A stretch of 64,000 nucleotides of DNA from Hamiltosporidium tvaerminnensis FI-OER-3-3 (GCA_022605425.2 CM061247.1:806001-870000); one strand, 5' to 3'. Shown: positions 12,500-26,219, counted from the first letter of the stretch. The notes: a model not told the origin generated them from the letters alone. Numbers and translations: made by a program.

Positions 12500-13499
12500 T
12501 GTGTGCGATGTTAGTAAAAAACGCGGTTCATCTTCGCTTTAGATGTAAATCGCGTTTATATTGATCTAAAACAGAACTCTGAAGAGACCTAAATAGTGTT
12601 GGTTTGCAAAGTGAGCTTAGGATTTTGCAAATTTTCGTTTTTCTGTTAAAAAAGTAAAAAAACAGCAACTCAAAGAGTAAAAATCTTAAAGGTTCAGAAT
12701 ACCAATAAAACCATTCTTGTTGTAAAAAAGCTTCTTAAAAGTAAAATATAAGCCAGAAGAAGATGTCAACAGAAAGAAATTAGCGGAGACTCGACTATCA
12801 AACCCATATAATGAAATAGGAGAACGAAAATCTACGGCATTTTTCTGCAAGTTAAGAAAATTTGACCTTGTCTTTTGAGGAATTTTTAAGATTGCTAAAG
12901 AAAAAAGAATATTAGGTCACGTAATGAAGCTAAGATCTGAAATATTTAGGATATATATATATTATGGTCTGATAAGGTATTTCAAAGCTTATTTTTCTAG
13001 TAAAACGGTAGAAAATTTAGCGACTATAATTTTGAAAATGCTTCACCATGCTTTCCTCACATGAACGATGAAGTGGTTAATCTCTACATTTACGCTTAGA
13101 TAATAAATATAAATTTAATTCAATAAAAACGAATCAGAAATCATTAACACCAATAAATTCATATTTAATGACCATGCGGAAATAAGAGTAGACACTAGGA
13201 CGAAATATTTGTATAAACTCGATATCTAGACCAACTATCTTTATTTAGGATAAAAGTAAAAAGAAGATAACACCTATCCAAACAAGAATTTGTTTTCGGA
13301 ATTTACTTCAAACGATCAAAGCCAAAAAACTGGTGAGGTTGGCCCATTAGAAAATGTTTTAAGTCTTATTTTTCGATGATAATGTTGAGATTTTTTCTTA
13401 TTGAAACTGGAAAGGTGTTGTGAAAAAATACCAAAACATATATTTATTAGATTTAAATTAAATATGAATGAGAGGACATACATCAGTCGTTGGTGTTCA

Positions 13500-13800
13500 A
13501 AAATAAACTTCACACACACTTTTTTAATAAATAAGGATTACTTGAGCCAGGATCGAGTCTAGAAGAGAGCCGGGGAAAGCCCAAATTGGTGTTATACAAA
13601 GAGAAGTACTGCATTAAGACCTAATATACATGTTGGAAAATTAAATAACACGTAAGATGGTGAAAATGCTCAAAAACAAAAACAATTACCCTTAATTTTA
13701 GATGGCGTAAGCACACCGAATAAACGACGGATAACATAAATAAAGAGTCGAATTTACAGAAAGATGGAAATAAAAAGGTAACAATCAAAGATGTAAATAC
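13500..13800 (+). mobile_element. Degenerate 3' relic of the R4-like retrotransposon
   Basis: AATTACCCTTAATTTTAGATGGCGTAAGCACACCGAATAAACGACG...AAAGAGTCGAATT resembles copy B at 54878-54950. Confidence 0.55.
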
Positions 13801-14814
13801 TTAAAAAATACAAATTTTTTCACATTATAATTTTTATAACTTTAAAAAAAAATTAAAATAAGAATGGAGACATTATATCAGTAATACGATGACTTAAGGA
13901 TTTTTGACATTAAACAAAAGTTTTTTTTTGGAGTTTGAAAAGGTAAAGTTTTATTTGCTCCATATTTGTATTATTTTTACTTATTAAAATAATTTGCTAG
14001 TATTTGTACTTTAAGTTTTATACAAAAAACATATTTAAACCATTTTTGTTTAAAAGCTGAAAATTTAAAATTACGCAGCTTGAACTCAATACTTACTTTT
14101 GTGTTTTAAAGCGTTTGCTTTTCCTAAAAAAACTGAATTGAAAAAAATAAATTAATTTTAATTAGGCTTGTTTTCTTATAGAAAGTATATTCAGAAGAGA
14201 AAATTTGTGTGAAATTTATAAAAAAAATAAATTTAGGGTTTTCAATCTGTTCAAATATGTAAATGAATTGATGTTGAATATATTTGGTGTTATAATCTTC
14301 TTCGACACCCTTTTTCTAATAGGTATCTTATATCCAGTCTCAATCCTTCATATACCCCTTTATTTTTCTTAAAACGGTGATATTTGTAAATTGAAAAATG
14401 TACATTTTATTGCCTATGATATTTTTGAATAAAATATGGTTTTTGCTTATATAGACTCGAATTTTTCATTTAAATTATTTAACGAGTGGGGGTAATCTAA
14501 ATTGGATTTTTTCGGGTAAATTGTTGAAATAGTTTCAAGAAAAAGTCGAATTTCGTTGAAAAAAATAAGACTATTTTATCAACTTTTTTCAATTTCACCA
14601 ATATACAAATTTATTGGTCGAATGTATTTAATCAAGAAAATAAGGATCGAATTAGAAATCGAACAAAGTGGTGATCGTCTAAGAACCTATTAAACGTGAC
14701 TTTATTTATCTTTTTATCCTTATCGATAAGCAATTTTACTACATTAGGGTTCAAATTTTGGATAATAAAAACTTTTCTATAAATATTTCTCTATTTGGAA
14801 TAATATTTAAAAAA

Positions 14815-14858
14815 AGATAAACTTACATGTTTTTTTTTCTGAATTTAAATCATTTAAA
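14815..14858 (+). promoter_or_regulatory. Conserved upstream module of MSFW-family genes (GATAA near -58; AAATCATTTAAA-like at about -31..-20)
   Basis: Same two motifs at nearly identical spacing before all five paralogs: 14815/14847, 21079/21046 (minus), 24495/24522, 29761/29789, 37236/37263. Confidence 0.6.
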
Positions 14859-14877
14859 GAAAAAAAACTAAGGAGTT

Positions 14878-15672
14878 ATGTCGTTTTGGAATACTAAAGC
14901 TTTTCGAATTTCAGCAATAGTTGTTGCAGCACTGTTAACAATTTTTTTAATAATAGGAAGTATCGGATATAGCAAAGCTGGTAAATTTATAAAAGAATTC
15001 GAAGAGGATTTCAAAAGAATTTCAGAAACAGATCAATTCAAAACCCGAGTAACCAAATTAAAACAAACGAACAGTGTATTGCTGATGATGCATGAGGTTT
15101 TTAAATTTATCTGGATTCTAGATATAAATAAAAATGATAAAACACGCGAAAAATTCATAGAAGCAATTAAGACTAAGGATAGTTTTAAAATATTCGAGTG
15201 TTTAGCTGAATTAGATAGGAATAAAGTTGTGGAAGCAATGGATCTTTCGTGTTTACTAGCATTTGATCCAGAAAAAGTATCTAAACTCAAACCGAAGTTC
15301 GGTTTTTTTGCTACAATAGGCTTTTTGTTTAGAAAAAGACATCCTATGAAAGATATATATAAAATATCTGAAAAAATTGGAATAAAACTAAAGGATTGTG
15401 AAAACTCTGCCCTGATTTTAATTCTATTCTTAGATATTCTTGATGATAAAAAGATTGAAATATCCGAATTCGATTATGACAAAATAAAACACAATTTTGA
15501 TTTTTCTTCAGACACTTTCATTCTTAATTCATTGAAGAGGAATGATAAGACATATATATCAGCGGACTTCATTATTTATTTGGCTGAAAAAGCTGCAACG
15601 AGTTCAGAAGCAATAATAGAGGAACTAAAACAAAATCTTATTTTAGCTATTAAAGAAAACATGCCTAAATAA
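14878..15672 (+). CDS. MSFW-family membrane-anchored hypothetical protein, paralog 1
   Basis: 264 aa; one N-terminal TM segment (ISAIVVAALLTIFLIIGSIGY); shared motifs FEEDFKxxSE, GFxxxIG..KxHP, SxDFIxYxAEK. Confidence 0.85.
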   Translation: MSFWNTKAFRISAIVVAALLTIFLIIGSIGYSKAGKFIKEFEEDFKRISETDQFKTRVTKLKQTNSVLLMMHEVFKFIWILDINKNDKTREKFIEAIKTKDSFKIFECLAELDRNKVVEAMDLSCLLAFDPEKVSKLKPKFGFFATIGFLFRKRHPMKDIYKISEKIGIKLKDCENSALILILFLDILDDKKIEISEFDYDKIKHNFDFSSDTFILNSLKRNDKTYISADFIIYLAEKAATSSEAIIEELKQNLILAIKENMPK

Positions 15673-16520
15673 AAAAAGTTTTAAAGTCATTCTACTTTTA
15701 TTTTTTTGTATTTAATTTAAGATCTAATTATATTTTTGTTGGTTTATAAGCATCTATGGGCCTTTTTATACGCACTTGTACATTATATCGAACAATAATT
15801 TTTTTTGATTGTAAAAACCTATACTTACTTCAACTATTATAGATTTCGGTTTACCTCTGTCAATTTATAGTTAAATTTTTTATGACGGTCGAGGAAACTG
15901 ATTAAAGCAAGCCAGGTAGGATATAAAGTTAGTATCAATATATTTTTAGAATCTCTGCTATTCGAAGTCTCAAGATATATAGACTTTATTGGTATATGAT
16001 ATACATTGGTATATTAATTTCACATTAAAAGTATATATTATGAAATTTAAATCCGAAAATTTACAATTATAAAGACCAGTAGAGATATTAATTAGAACTT
16101 ATACTGATTTGCTGCGGTGAAACCCAATATAGGCTGTATAAGAAAATAAGTGGAAATATAATGATATTAGATATTTATTTGAAAATATCAAAATTCGAGC
16201 CAAATGAAGATTGCTTTTATAACAACTTAAGAGGTTGCATAATCCGCATTGTATATGAAGTGGCCCGAGAAAGATAATTAAAGAAAAACGAGACTATGGA
16301 TGATATATTTAAGAATTGAATACGAAATAGAGAACGCTCGAAAATACCATCATAAACAGACTAACAATCCAATAAATTACCCTGAACTTTATAAATGCAT
16401 ATTTTAAAGTAAATATTAGACACTATAATGAAATACAACATGTCAATATTCAATCGCCTGCAAATAGTAGTTATTTTTCTTATGAAATTTTTCATATAGG
16501 AGAAAAATACATGCATTTTA

Positions 16521-16759
16521 TTTATTTATCCTCGGCACTACAGCCCTACATGAGCCTTGGCCTCCCTCAATAATACCGCCCACCGTTCTTTTTCCAGTAA
16601 ATTTGTTTACTTTTTCGGGTTTCGTAACAAGGTGATTTTAAAGGGTGGGTTGTTAGCCCAACGCGTAACTCCAACATGGAGGTCCAGTTTCTTTTAGTCG
16701 CCTCTTACGACAAGCAGAGAACCCACCAAACCAATTCTGCTCCCGGCATGATGGGGACA
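16521..16759 (-). mobile_element. Bipartite RTE-derived non-autonomous retroelement (RTE-like 5' leader fused to RTE-like 3' end)
   Basis: Perfect 12-bp TSD ACATGCATTTTA (16509-16520 and 16760-16771). Minus strand carries TGTCGTAAGAGGCGACTAA, GGGCTAACAACCCACCC, TTGTTACGAAAC and ends GGAGGCCAAGGCTCATGTAGGGCTGTAGTGCC...(TAAA)n. GC-rich relative to flanks. Confidence 0.8.
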
Positions 16760-17430
16760 ACATGCATTTTAGGATTCGCAAATAAAAAACCAGAATGTTT
16801 ATTTTAAACAAAGAGTATAATTATAATGCCATGATATGAAATAACCCAATACTCCTTAATTAAATAATATTTACCCTCAGAATGATATCTTTATACAAAT
16901 TAAATGATTCGTATTTATAGACATGTGTTTAAATAAAAAAATATATGAGTTAAGATTAATCGGAGTCGAATTTCATTGAATATTTTTAAGATTTTATCAC
17001 CAGTAGGTAATAAACCTTTATTTTCCGATGGATTCTAAAATGTTAGCATTGCTTTTCTTTTGATATGAAAAAATAGAGATTTAGCTGAAAATATAGTTCG
17101 TAAAAGAAATAATAAATACAACCAATGTGTTTCTTTTTCATACCCAAAGTTTTTCGGTATCAGAATAAAAAACGAAATAAATCTGCCATATGTCAGTGTA
17201 AATCGAAAAAATATCTGATGTGAAAATTCCTTAGCTAATATTTTTATAGATTTGAAACCGCAGGAATCATAAAAAAATGGGTCCGAGTAATCATAAAATC
17301 AAAAAATGTAAAATTTCTGAAGATAGTATCAGGCCACTATATAGGTTCTTAATTATAAAATTTTTTTTTGGACCCATAAATTTACTGAAATTTTTTTAAA
17401 TTTTTTTATTCATTGTATATTCATTGCCCC

Positions 17431-18471
17431 ATGCGATATAATTCTCAACACTTTCTACTCGATGAAGAAACGCTTTATGCTGATTCAGATACCAAAAAAA
17501 AATTATTACCAAAAAGCAGAATCGAAAAAGCATGGGATGAACTCTCGGATTATTACGCAAAACGACTAGAAGATACCAACAGAGACATCATAGAATCTAC
17601 AAAACTAAGCAACAAAATATCACAAGCACGTCTTGAAATGGAAACCTATAGATCTGTTGATGATTTAATTTCGCAAAATATTTTAAAAGAATACATTTGT
17701 GCAGAAAAACCCGTAAAAAACCTACAAGGAAGTATCAAACCAAAAATATGTAAAATGTGTATTTCAATTGCAGATAAATACTTAAAAATATTTGACGAAG
17801 CAGTTGAATGTGAAAATAAAATTAATAATATTCTTTCTAAATATAACAGATACTGTTCTGATCAAGATAATTATACGCAAAAAAGTTATAAAATTATACT
17901 TAGCGATGGTTTTATTAAAATATTTGTAACCCAACAAATTTATATTCTTTTAAATAAAAATTGTGAATTTATTTATCCAGAAAAATGGTTACCGACCGGT
18001 TTGTCATGTATAATACAATACGATGGATTCGTTTTTAAAGGTTCTTTAAAACCACAAATATTTAATGACGCTGTAGAGAATGTTAGAGAATATTGTGAAG
18101 AACGAGAAATTATTTTAGAAAGAAAAAGAGGTAAATTAAAAATAATTATTTACCGAGGATTTGACACACAAGAAAGTGAACTCTGTACTTTTGTATTAAA
18201 ATCATTGAAAAGAAAAACAAATTTGGATAAAATTATGGATTTATCTTTGCTTTATCTCTCAAAATTGTTCACATTTTCTCTTTATAGATACATAGATGTT
18301 CTTAATTATGAATTTATAAACTTCATCGGGCCAGTTCTTGATGATGGGCATACAGAAATGTTTTTCTGTGTTTCTTCTTCCAATAAACTTCGTATATTAA
18401 GAGATTTAAAAAAAGGTAATTTTGAAATCTATTGGAATGAAAGAAAAATGATACCAAAACAAATTCTGTAG
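17431..18471 (+). CDS. Hypothetical protein (346 aa), possible N-terminal coiled coil
   Basis: Long ORF; likely start is ATG 17431 directly after CCCC (the track start is TTG). No family recognised. Confidence 0.75.
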   Translation: MRYNSQHFLLDEETLYADSDTKKKLLPKSRIEKAWDELSDYYAKRLEDTNRDIIESTKLSNKISQARLEMETYRSVDDLISQNILKEYICAEKPVKNLQGSIKPKICKMCISIADKYLKIFDEAVECENKINNILSKYNRYCSDQDNYTQKSYKIILSDGFIKIFVTQQIYILLNKNCEFIYPEKWLPTGLSCIIQYDGFVFKGSLKPQIFNDAVENVREYCEEREIILERKRGKLKIIIYRGFDTQESELCTFVLKSLKRKTNLDKIMDLSLLYLSKLFTFSLYRYIDVLNYEFINFIGPVLDDGHTEMFFCVSSSNKLRILRDLKKGNFEIYWNERKMIPKQIL

Positions 18472-18658
18472 ATTCAAAGTTAAATATTTTTATTCTCAAT
18501 AATTTACTTTTATAATTTTTAAAAATTCTATTAGGATTATGTTTTTGCATTTTATAGTACTATATATAGATTTTTTGCACTTAATTCCATATAATTCTAC
18601 GTTTAAACATTTCAAATAAATTTTAATTTCAATTTTTTTACTTTTCTTTTCCTGGAAA

Positions 18659-18885
18659 ATACTTACTTACTTATTCCATTCCTCTTTTACCTCTCGGTGT
18701 CGAAAATGAACAACTAGAAATTTTCCAATTACTTCTTTTAATCTATTGTAACTCAGAATTATAGGGGATTGGCCTATAGATATAGTGTGATTTAAATCCC
18801 ACAAAAATGGTAAAAACAAATTCCTCACCAATCCTACAAACTCATTACCGACCAGATAGTTTTTAATATGTTTATCCTCTCTCCA
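18659..18885 (-). mobile_element. Short shared-head SINE-like element (copy S3)
   Basis: Homologous to S2 (CTCTTTTACCTCTCGGTGTCGAA identical); tail AATAAGTAAGTAAGTAT; head TGGAGAGAGGATAAAC. Confidence 0.8.
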
Positions 18886-20257
18886 TTTAATTAAAAGACC
18901 TTCACATTTTAATAGTTGATTTCTTAAAATTTTCTTTATCTTTCTTTTCGGATAAAAGAATATTCGTTTATAAGTATCAAAACTACTGATATACTTGCTT
19001 ATGTCTATTTAAACTTCATTTTCATTTATCATTATTGATTTATTGGTCTTTGTATATCCGAATAAATGTGTTTTTGTTCATTTTAACTCTCACGACCGAA
19101 TATATCTTCTATTTCAACTTCTATGTGTTGTATCATAAGGATGCATAGAGAGATTACATAGACAGGCTTCGCCGTTTTTTCTGCATAGAGGCTATTCATT
19201 ATACGGATTCTATGAACAAAACCGACTTTTTATATTAATGGTTTACACATATTTTACCTTTCAATGTTTTCAATGTAAAAAATCCAGTCAAATAAAAACA
19301 AAAAATTCGTAATCATATGTGCATCTTATTTAATTTATTATTTAAAGTGCATTTATCATATCTGTTATACCAAACGCATCTTTTAATATTTATTATGGAT
19401 ACAACCATGGTACAAATAGGAATTATAAAAAATGCACTGAACGAGAATTTCGACTTCTATTCAATAACTGATTTTTATATTATTTGTATTTTTACAAGAA
19501 AAATGACCCGAATTCATTTAGTGGTAGAAAAATTTCATTCAAACTTTTTTAAAAAATGCTTAGCTGTCAATAATATTCCTTAGTTCTTTAAAAAATACAC
19601 GTTCTCCTGTCTTCTACAAGGTGCTTTTCATCAAATCAAATCTCTAAAATTTTATGCTTATTTTTTTTGCAGATGCAAATTGTGGGATAAGTTTTGATAA
19701 TAAACACGTTTTATGAATTCAGCGTCTTTAAATGTGTTATTGGATGCTTCCTGGTAATTTTGCAATGTTTATTTTCTCAAATTTTTTATTCTTCAAATTC
19801 GATCATATTTTTATTAATCAGAATTTAATTTTGTTTTTTACATGTATTTTAGTATAATTCTTAATTTTGCCGACTATAGTCTTTGAATTTATGTTTTTTA
19901 TATTTTAATGTCTAATAAGTGAAAAATGATACTTATACTTTGCAAAATAATCTTGTGAATAATTGTTTAGAGTTGAAAATTACAAGAGAAATGATTCTCT
20001 TTTACTTAATACTAGTTATCAACAGATTCGAATTTATTAAATACATGAAATATGATATGTAGCGTAATTAATTATTTTGAAGCAAACTATATATTCCGGT
20101 ATATTAAAAGAGTAAATATTAAAGTTTATATACAGAGATTATTTGTTAAAAAAAATTCAAACAATGATTTATATATAGAGAAAAAAAACTTAGAAACTTT
20201 AAAATTATAATATAACTTCTTGGCATTCATTTATTATAAGATCTTTAACAAATTTCT

Positions 20258-21025
20258 TTAACATTGATCTTGAATATGATAGTTCGTTTCATTTTTGTCT
20301 TTATACACTTTTTCCAAAATATAAGTAATGAAATCTGAAATAACACACACCTTGTCATTAATTTGAAAAGGTTCAAACGTTAAATATGTCACAGCTCCCT
20401 CAAAATCGTATTCTGAATCCTCCGTTCTACGTAATTTATAAATCGTGATATTCTTAAAATCAAGATTCTCTAAAATTACCATTTTGGTTTGGTTATCTCT
20501 TGAATCTTTGTTCAATTCCTTGTCAAACATTTTAGCTGCTGCATGAATTTCTTTTACGGGATGGTTTTTTATAAACATTAGGCCGAATTTGACCAAAAAA
20601 CCAAAATTTTGCAGGATTTTTGAAAACCTAGAAGCATCAAATTCAAACAATCTAAAAGATTTATTCGCACGATCAAGTGTTTCTTCAGTTATATTAAGGT
20701 CTATTTGCAAGGATTTGATTTTTTTACCGTTTCTTAAATTTTCCTTCTTATTCTTAATTTTTATAACATTATCTTTAGGATCGACAATCCAAACAATCTG
20801 TGCTCCTTTCACAATCCAAAAGAAAGCAATGTTTGTATTTATAATCTTAGATAAATGGTCCTGAAATCGCTCTGTTTCAGATACGTTTTTAACCTCATCT
20901 TCAAAATTATTAATAAGATTACCGGCTAAACAATATCCTATGATTATTATTATTAAAGCAAATAGAATCAATCCAAGTACAACTACTGCGGAAATTTTAA
21001 ACGCTTGTGTATCCCAAAATGACAT
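20258..21025 (-). CDS. MSFW-family protein, paralog 2
   Basis: 255 aa, MSFWDTQAFKISAVVVLG..., same TM segment and motifs as paralog 1. Confidence 0.85.
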   Translation of the reverse strand: MSFWDTQAFKISAVVVLGLILFALIIIIIGYCLAGNLINNFEDEVKNVSETERFQDHLSKIINTNIAFFWIVKGAQIVWIVDPKDNVIKIKNKKENLRNGKKIKSLQIDLNITEETLDRANKSFRLFEFDASRFSKILQNFGFLVKFGLMFIKNHPVKEIHAAAKMFDKELNKDSRDNQTKMVILENLDFKNITIYKLRRTEDSEYDFEGAVTYLTFEPFQINDKVCVISDFITYILEKVYKDKNETNYHIQDQC

Positions 21026-23549
21026 TGATTTAAGATATCGTTTTTTTTAAATAATTTTAATTTACAAAACATTTAATTTTATCTTAGATTAAAACATACT
21101 TACCAAAGAAGGAAATATTTCTATTGTTCTCCTTTATCAGTATGATAGGCTCAGATTTAGTAACATTCGAAAATGATAAAACAAATAAATAAATGAAGCT
21201 ATGTATAAATTATTTAAATAAGATAATATAGAAATAATCAATTCATAGGTCGTTTGTTTTTTTATTGAATGAATGTCTTTTTTATTTTTGTTGTGTAAAT
21301 TAATGAATTACTGACAAAAAAGTTCGAAAAATGATTTCCGATAAAAATCACAAAAATATAATCCCATATAACCACTAAAAATAATACATTGGTCAATTCT
21401 ATGATTTTTTTATTTGATTGCTTCAATTCCTCTGTGAGCAATTTTCTTATCGTTTGCTTTTTACCGATTTTTTTATTCCGAAAAACGCAAATTAAGAGAA
21501 AAACAATAAGTAAGAATTGAAATGAAAAAAAGGTATGTAAAATACCGTAATTAAAGATAAAAACAGTGTATGATATGAAATAAGCCTAAAACCATCCATT
21601 TTTAAGTCAAGATGAGGTGTTTAATCAGCATGATAGCTTTAATTGTGTTCATATAAAAATAATACTGCTTCCAGTCGCATTTCATTTAAAAGCTTGGAGT
21701 AAAATATTTTTCAACAATATTGCGAAGATTCTCCTACTAGATGCAAACCATTCGGGTTTTTACCATCATTTATTGCTATCGAAAGATTTCTTTAGTAGTA
21801 ATAAATAACAGAAATTAAGTTTAAATGAAGAGGGATGTGTATCGTTTATTATTTATACTAATTCCAAACATTTTCTATATATTTAAGCGATACGGTTGGT
21901 CGAATAGCGGATTTAATAGATATTTTACCCCCCCAGCCACTAATTAATTCCTCGATCAGTACCTCGATAGGTTTATAGGGCCTTCTAGCCATTTCTTTAC
22001 TTTAGGGCTTTAAGAACATTTCTCATGTGTTGAATATCCATTGTTTTGGGCAGTATTAAATCAAATATGACTTCCAAATGCCTTCATAGGCATTTTGCTG
22101 TCACCTTGCTCTAAGTCTGATTATAGGTGAGCCTGGTTCATCTATATGAATCGATCTATCGTTTGGGAAGTATTTTCTCGGCTGGATTGCGAATTTGCGT
22201 ATAATTTTTGCCTGAACCTCGAAACTTTCCCTTGATTATAAGTGCTCTTCTATTCTTTTAGTAAAAAAATTGTTGTAATTACGCATATTTTTAATTTGTT
22301 GGTTACAAACTCCTTTTAATCTATCTGTTCGAAGGATACCTAGCGTAAGTCCTTTTACTAAATAAGATTTCCAAGCGCGTTTTCAATACGGACTGCCGAC
22401 ATTTTTTTTGTAATTGTATCTCTTACACCAAAAAAACATAAGATATAAATCTAGTCTATGCTTTCAGAAAGTCTAATTATTATAAAATGCCGTTGTTATC
22501 TGTTTAACACTATCACAAATCAACATATCCTACTCAATTTTCGCCTATAAATAGTTGAGACTCTTCTGCATCGCCTCATTACATTTTATAGAATTATAGT
22601 GAGAGAAATCTTGGTCTATTTTAGCGTGCTGTTCTATGAGGCTGGTTTAAACTACCCGCTTCTTTTTATGGTTTCCTAGGAGCATTGTTTTTGCCATAAT
22701 ATGACAGAAAAATGTAAAGAAGCAAAACCACTTGCTCGCTAAACATTATTATTATCTGTTATTACTTCTTTAATTATGTTGCCATTATTTTTCGTATATA
22801 TCTTACCATTTTCGATGTATATATTATATTTCGGCTGTTCAATTTAAAAACTATTTCTTAAATTTCGTCTCATAGTAGATGTAATTTCTTTACATTTGAA
22901 GTAAATTTAAGCATTCTGATCTTATGATCATAATACATTTCATTTTGATGTAATTTTTTATCCGATAAAATATATTAATATTTTTTCTTTTCTAAAACAT
23001 AAATATAAACCAAAAGAGTGGAAACTCATTTTAAGAATATTTAGCTGATGAAATGATAAATTTAAATTTTAACCTGGTTTTGGAGTGAGTATAATAAGAA
23101 TTAATTATTATATTGTAAAATATATTTCGTATATACGTTATCTAACTATAAATTCTATTAAATGAGTTGCAATTTTGACTGTTTTGAACCATATACATTA
23201 GAAAAATAATTCAAGACAAAAAACAAAAAACTTTAGATTTTCTATGGTGATTTTTTAGAGCAAAATTATTTACCAGTTGTATTGGCTTTTTTCCCGGTAT
23301 TTATTATATTTACGTCTAAAATTCCATACCTTCGTATTTACCCCATGTAAAGAGTTCTATCTTCGAGTTTAAGTGTTACAGAATGTATATTTTATTCTAT
23401 TAGGTTTTATACTTACAGACCGAACGATACGAAACGTTTATTTTTTAAGCAGTCGGAACCATAACTTGGAATTAAAGATTATTTATATGTGATATGGCTA
23501 TTATTTTACCACAAAACCTATACATTTTTTCTAATCTTAGGTTCTCTAT

Positions 23550-24259
23550 TTAGAAAAATCACATATTTTTTAAACAGGGACAAAATTTTAGTGTTCCTAT
23601 GGCAAAAACACAGTTCTATTTTTAATATAAATAACTACTACTCCAAATTCTATCTATACCCTTACGATACCTACATCTCAAAGCGTTTATCTAAAAGATG
23701 TAGCGAACCCGATTAATCAGCAATCCAGTTGCCCGGAGTTCGTTGATGTCTGTTGCATAGAGTATGATAGTGGGTAAAAACCACCCTGGACACTCCCAAG
23801 ACTATGCAGCATTCCAATTTACCCTACACTTTCTAAACCCAATGAACTTCTAGCTAAAATCTATTTCAGCGACTTACATAGAGTTCACCTAGAAAAGTAA
23901 TGTTATAATCACAAACATACCCTACTGCTTGAATTTCGTTGTTTTGAATGGTTTTATTTCTATATATCCCAGGTTTTATGTCTTTTAACCCGAGTGTGCA
24001 AGGCCAATTTTCCAGGATTTCTATGGCATTTATCTTAAGTCATTTGCGGTCTCCGATCCAGTTATTGAAAGAACCACAAAATAAATTTGTAGAAAAATTT
24101 TGCAATTTCGTAGAATTTCTCATTCTCATACAAATTCCATGAAACAACCGAAATCTTAGTCAGGTTTTATTCTCAACAAAACTCTTAATAATGATCTTCA
24201 CACCAATTTTACATAAAATTACCAAGCAGTAAGTTTATATGTGATTATTCTTTCTCCAC
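23550..24259 (-). repeat. Long shared-head non-coding element (copy L1, most diverged)
   Basis: Collinear with 38241-38960, e.g. CAGTTGCCCGGAGTTCGTT, CCCAAGACTATGCAGCATTCC, AATGATCTTCACACCA, CCAAGCAG. Confidence 0.8.
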
Positions 24260-24552
24260 CATTTCTAATCAATGATTCTTGAATCTATCTTTTCAAAATG
24301 AAGAATACATTCAATAAATATAATAAAAGATCGATTTGAAATGAATCCAATATTGTTTTTTTGAAAAAAAAAATTTAGAAATATCATTCTAATTTTATCA
24401 ATTTTATTTTGCTATCATCCAGATAAAAAACTCTATTTACTTAAAGGAGAATCGCCTAAATTATTTATTTTTTTGGCAATTAATCCTTTACAAAAGATAA
24501 ATTAAATAGTTTTTTAGATTAAAATAATTTAAACGAAATGATCCTTTGGGTT

Positions 24553-25326
24553 ATGTTGTTTTGGAAAACGAAAGAATTTCGAATTGCTGCAATAGTTGTA
24601 TTTGGGATAACAACGGTTTGTTTAATAATAGGATGCATTGGATATTACAAAGCTGGGAATGCTATTAAAGACTTCGAGGAAGATTTTAAAAAAGTATCCG
24701 AAAAATTGCAATTTAAGAACAATGTTTTGGCGTTTGAAAATATAAGGTATGCAGTTTTCATGAATAGTATAAAATATAAATTTTTCATGATATGTGAAAT
24801 ACATAATAATAATATACCACTTACCAAACCTTTTGAAGAATATAATAGATCAAATATTTCAGAGCCTATTAAGGATTCGACGAAAAAATTCTTAACTAAA
24901 ATTCGAAAAGCATTTGAATCTTCAAATTTATTTTCATTTGATACCTCGGGTTTTTTAAAAGTGATTCCCAATCTAGGTTTCTTTGTCAGAATTGGCTTAT
25001 TAATCAGAAAAAAACATCCTTTCTTAGATGTGTATAAAGCCTTTAAATCGATTGGCAGTCTTTTGAATAATAGTTTGGGAAATGAAGGTCCTCTATTTAT
25101 TATTTTAAAAATTGTTGATGATAAAAGAGTCTTGCTGAATGAAAAGTATTTATACAGTGAAATTACAGGTATATTTTGTGTGAAAAAAATACTCGATTTC
25201 GACTCTTTGAAAATTAATGGTAAAAAATTTGTTTCATCAGATTTTATAATTTATATTGCCGAAAAGGTGCGAAAAGAATCGAAAGATATTATGGATGAAC
25301 TTAGAAACAATTACTTTGCGCCATGA
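24553..25326 (+). CDS. MSFW-family protein, paralog 3
   Basis: Start MLFWKTKEFRIAA at 24553 aligns with the family start and the upstream motif spacing. Confidence 0.85.
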   Translation: MLFWKTKEFRIAAIVVFGITTVCLIIGCIGYYKAGNAIKDFEEDFKKVSEKLQFKNNVLAFENIRYAVFMNSIKYKFFMICEIHNNNIPLTKPFEEYNRSNISEPIKDSTKKFLTKIRKAFESSNLFSFDTSGFLKVIPNLGFFVRIGLLIRKKHPFLDVYKAFKSIGSLLNNSLGNEGPLFIILKIVDDKRVLLNEKYLYSEITGIFCVKKILDFDSLKINGKKFVSSDFIIYIAEKVRKESKDIMDELRNNYFAP

Positions 25327-26219
25327 GACCATTTCTTTAAATATAGGTTAATTAAAATCGCTATATTTCTTCAATTTCTAGATAATTTATATTAATCTTT
25401 CTTTTTTATAACTTAGACTAACTTACGCAATTGTTTAGAAAAACCATGTTGGTTTTGATTCGAATTAAATTCTTTACGTAAAAAACAAAAGGGTTAATCT
25501 GCTATTAAATGCCTTAAATATGTAATTGGATTCAAAATGAGGAGATATATGGTGTCATACAAGACTTTTTGTTTTTTAAGGACATATTTTTTTTACTTAG
25601 ATATTAACTTCGCAAATGTCCTAATAGAATTTAATTAGAGCGAAAAAAAATTGATTTAAACCATTTAATCTTACGATATAAATTTGGAAATTATTTAGCC
25701 GCAGGATACATCGAAATACAGGGGCTTGGTTGTAAAATCAATTTTCCGCTCATTTAAGATTTCATTGGAAAAAAAAGATGTTTCATCTTTAGAAATTATA
25801 AAATTATAATTCTATGAACCTATGCGGTCATTTATAAAATCTAATTATAATCATAAATCACATTCGAATGCATAGCCTTATATGTATCAAATTAGCAAGT
25901 ATAATAGATCCGCGAAATGGTTCTGAGAGGAAATTTGAAAAAAAATTGATGGTGTGGTAAAGACAGGCATTTAACTTAAATCGGGGTAAGCATATTTAAA
26001 TATTAGTAAGATACAATAAATAAAATGAAATATCATGCTTCCTCAGTCAAAAAAATTGTAATCATGAGTATATTTTTCTTTTACACGAAAAATTTAAAAT
26101 CTCGATCATTTTTTTTAAATAATTCTTAATTCTTGTCCCCGAACCACTAATATAATTATCAGAATAAATCCTTCACATTATTTGTCGTATTTTATTCTTT
26201 CCCCCTGTTAAAAAATATA

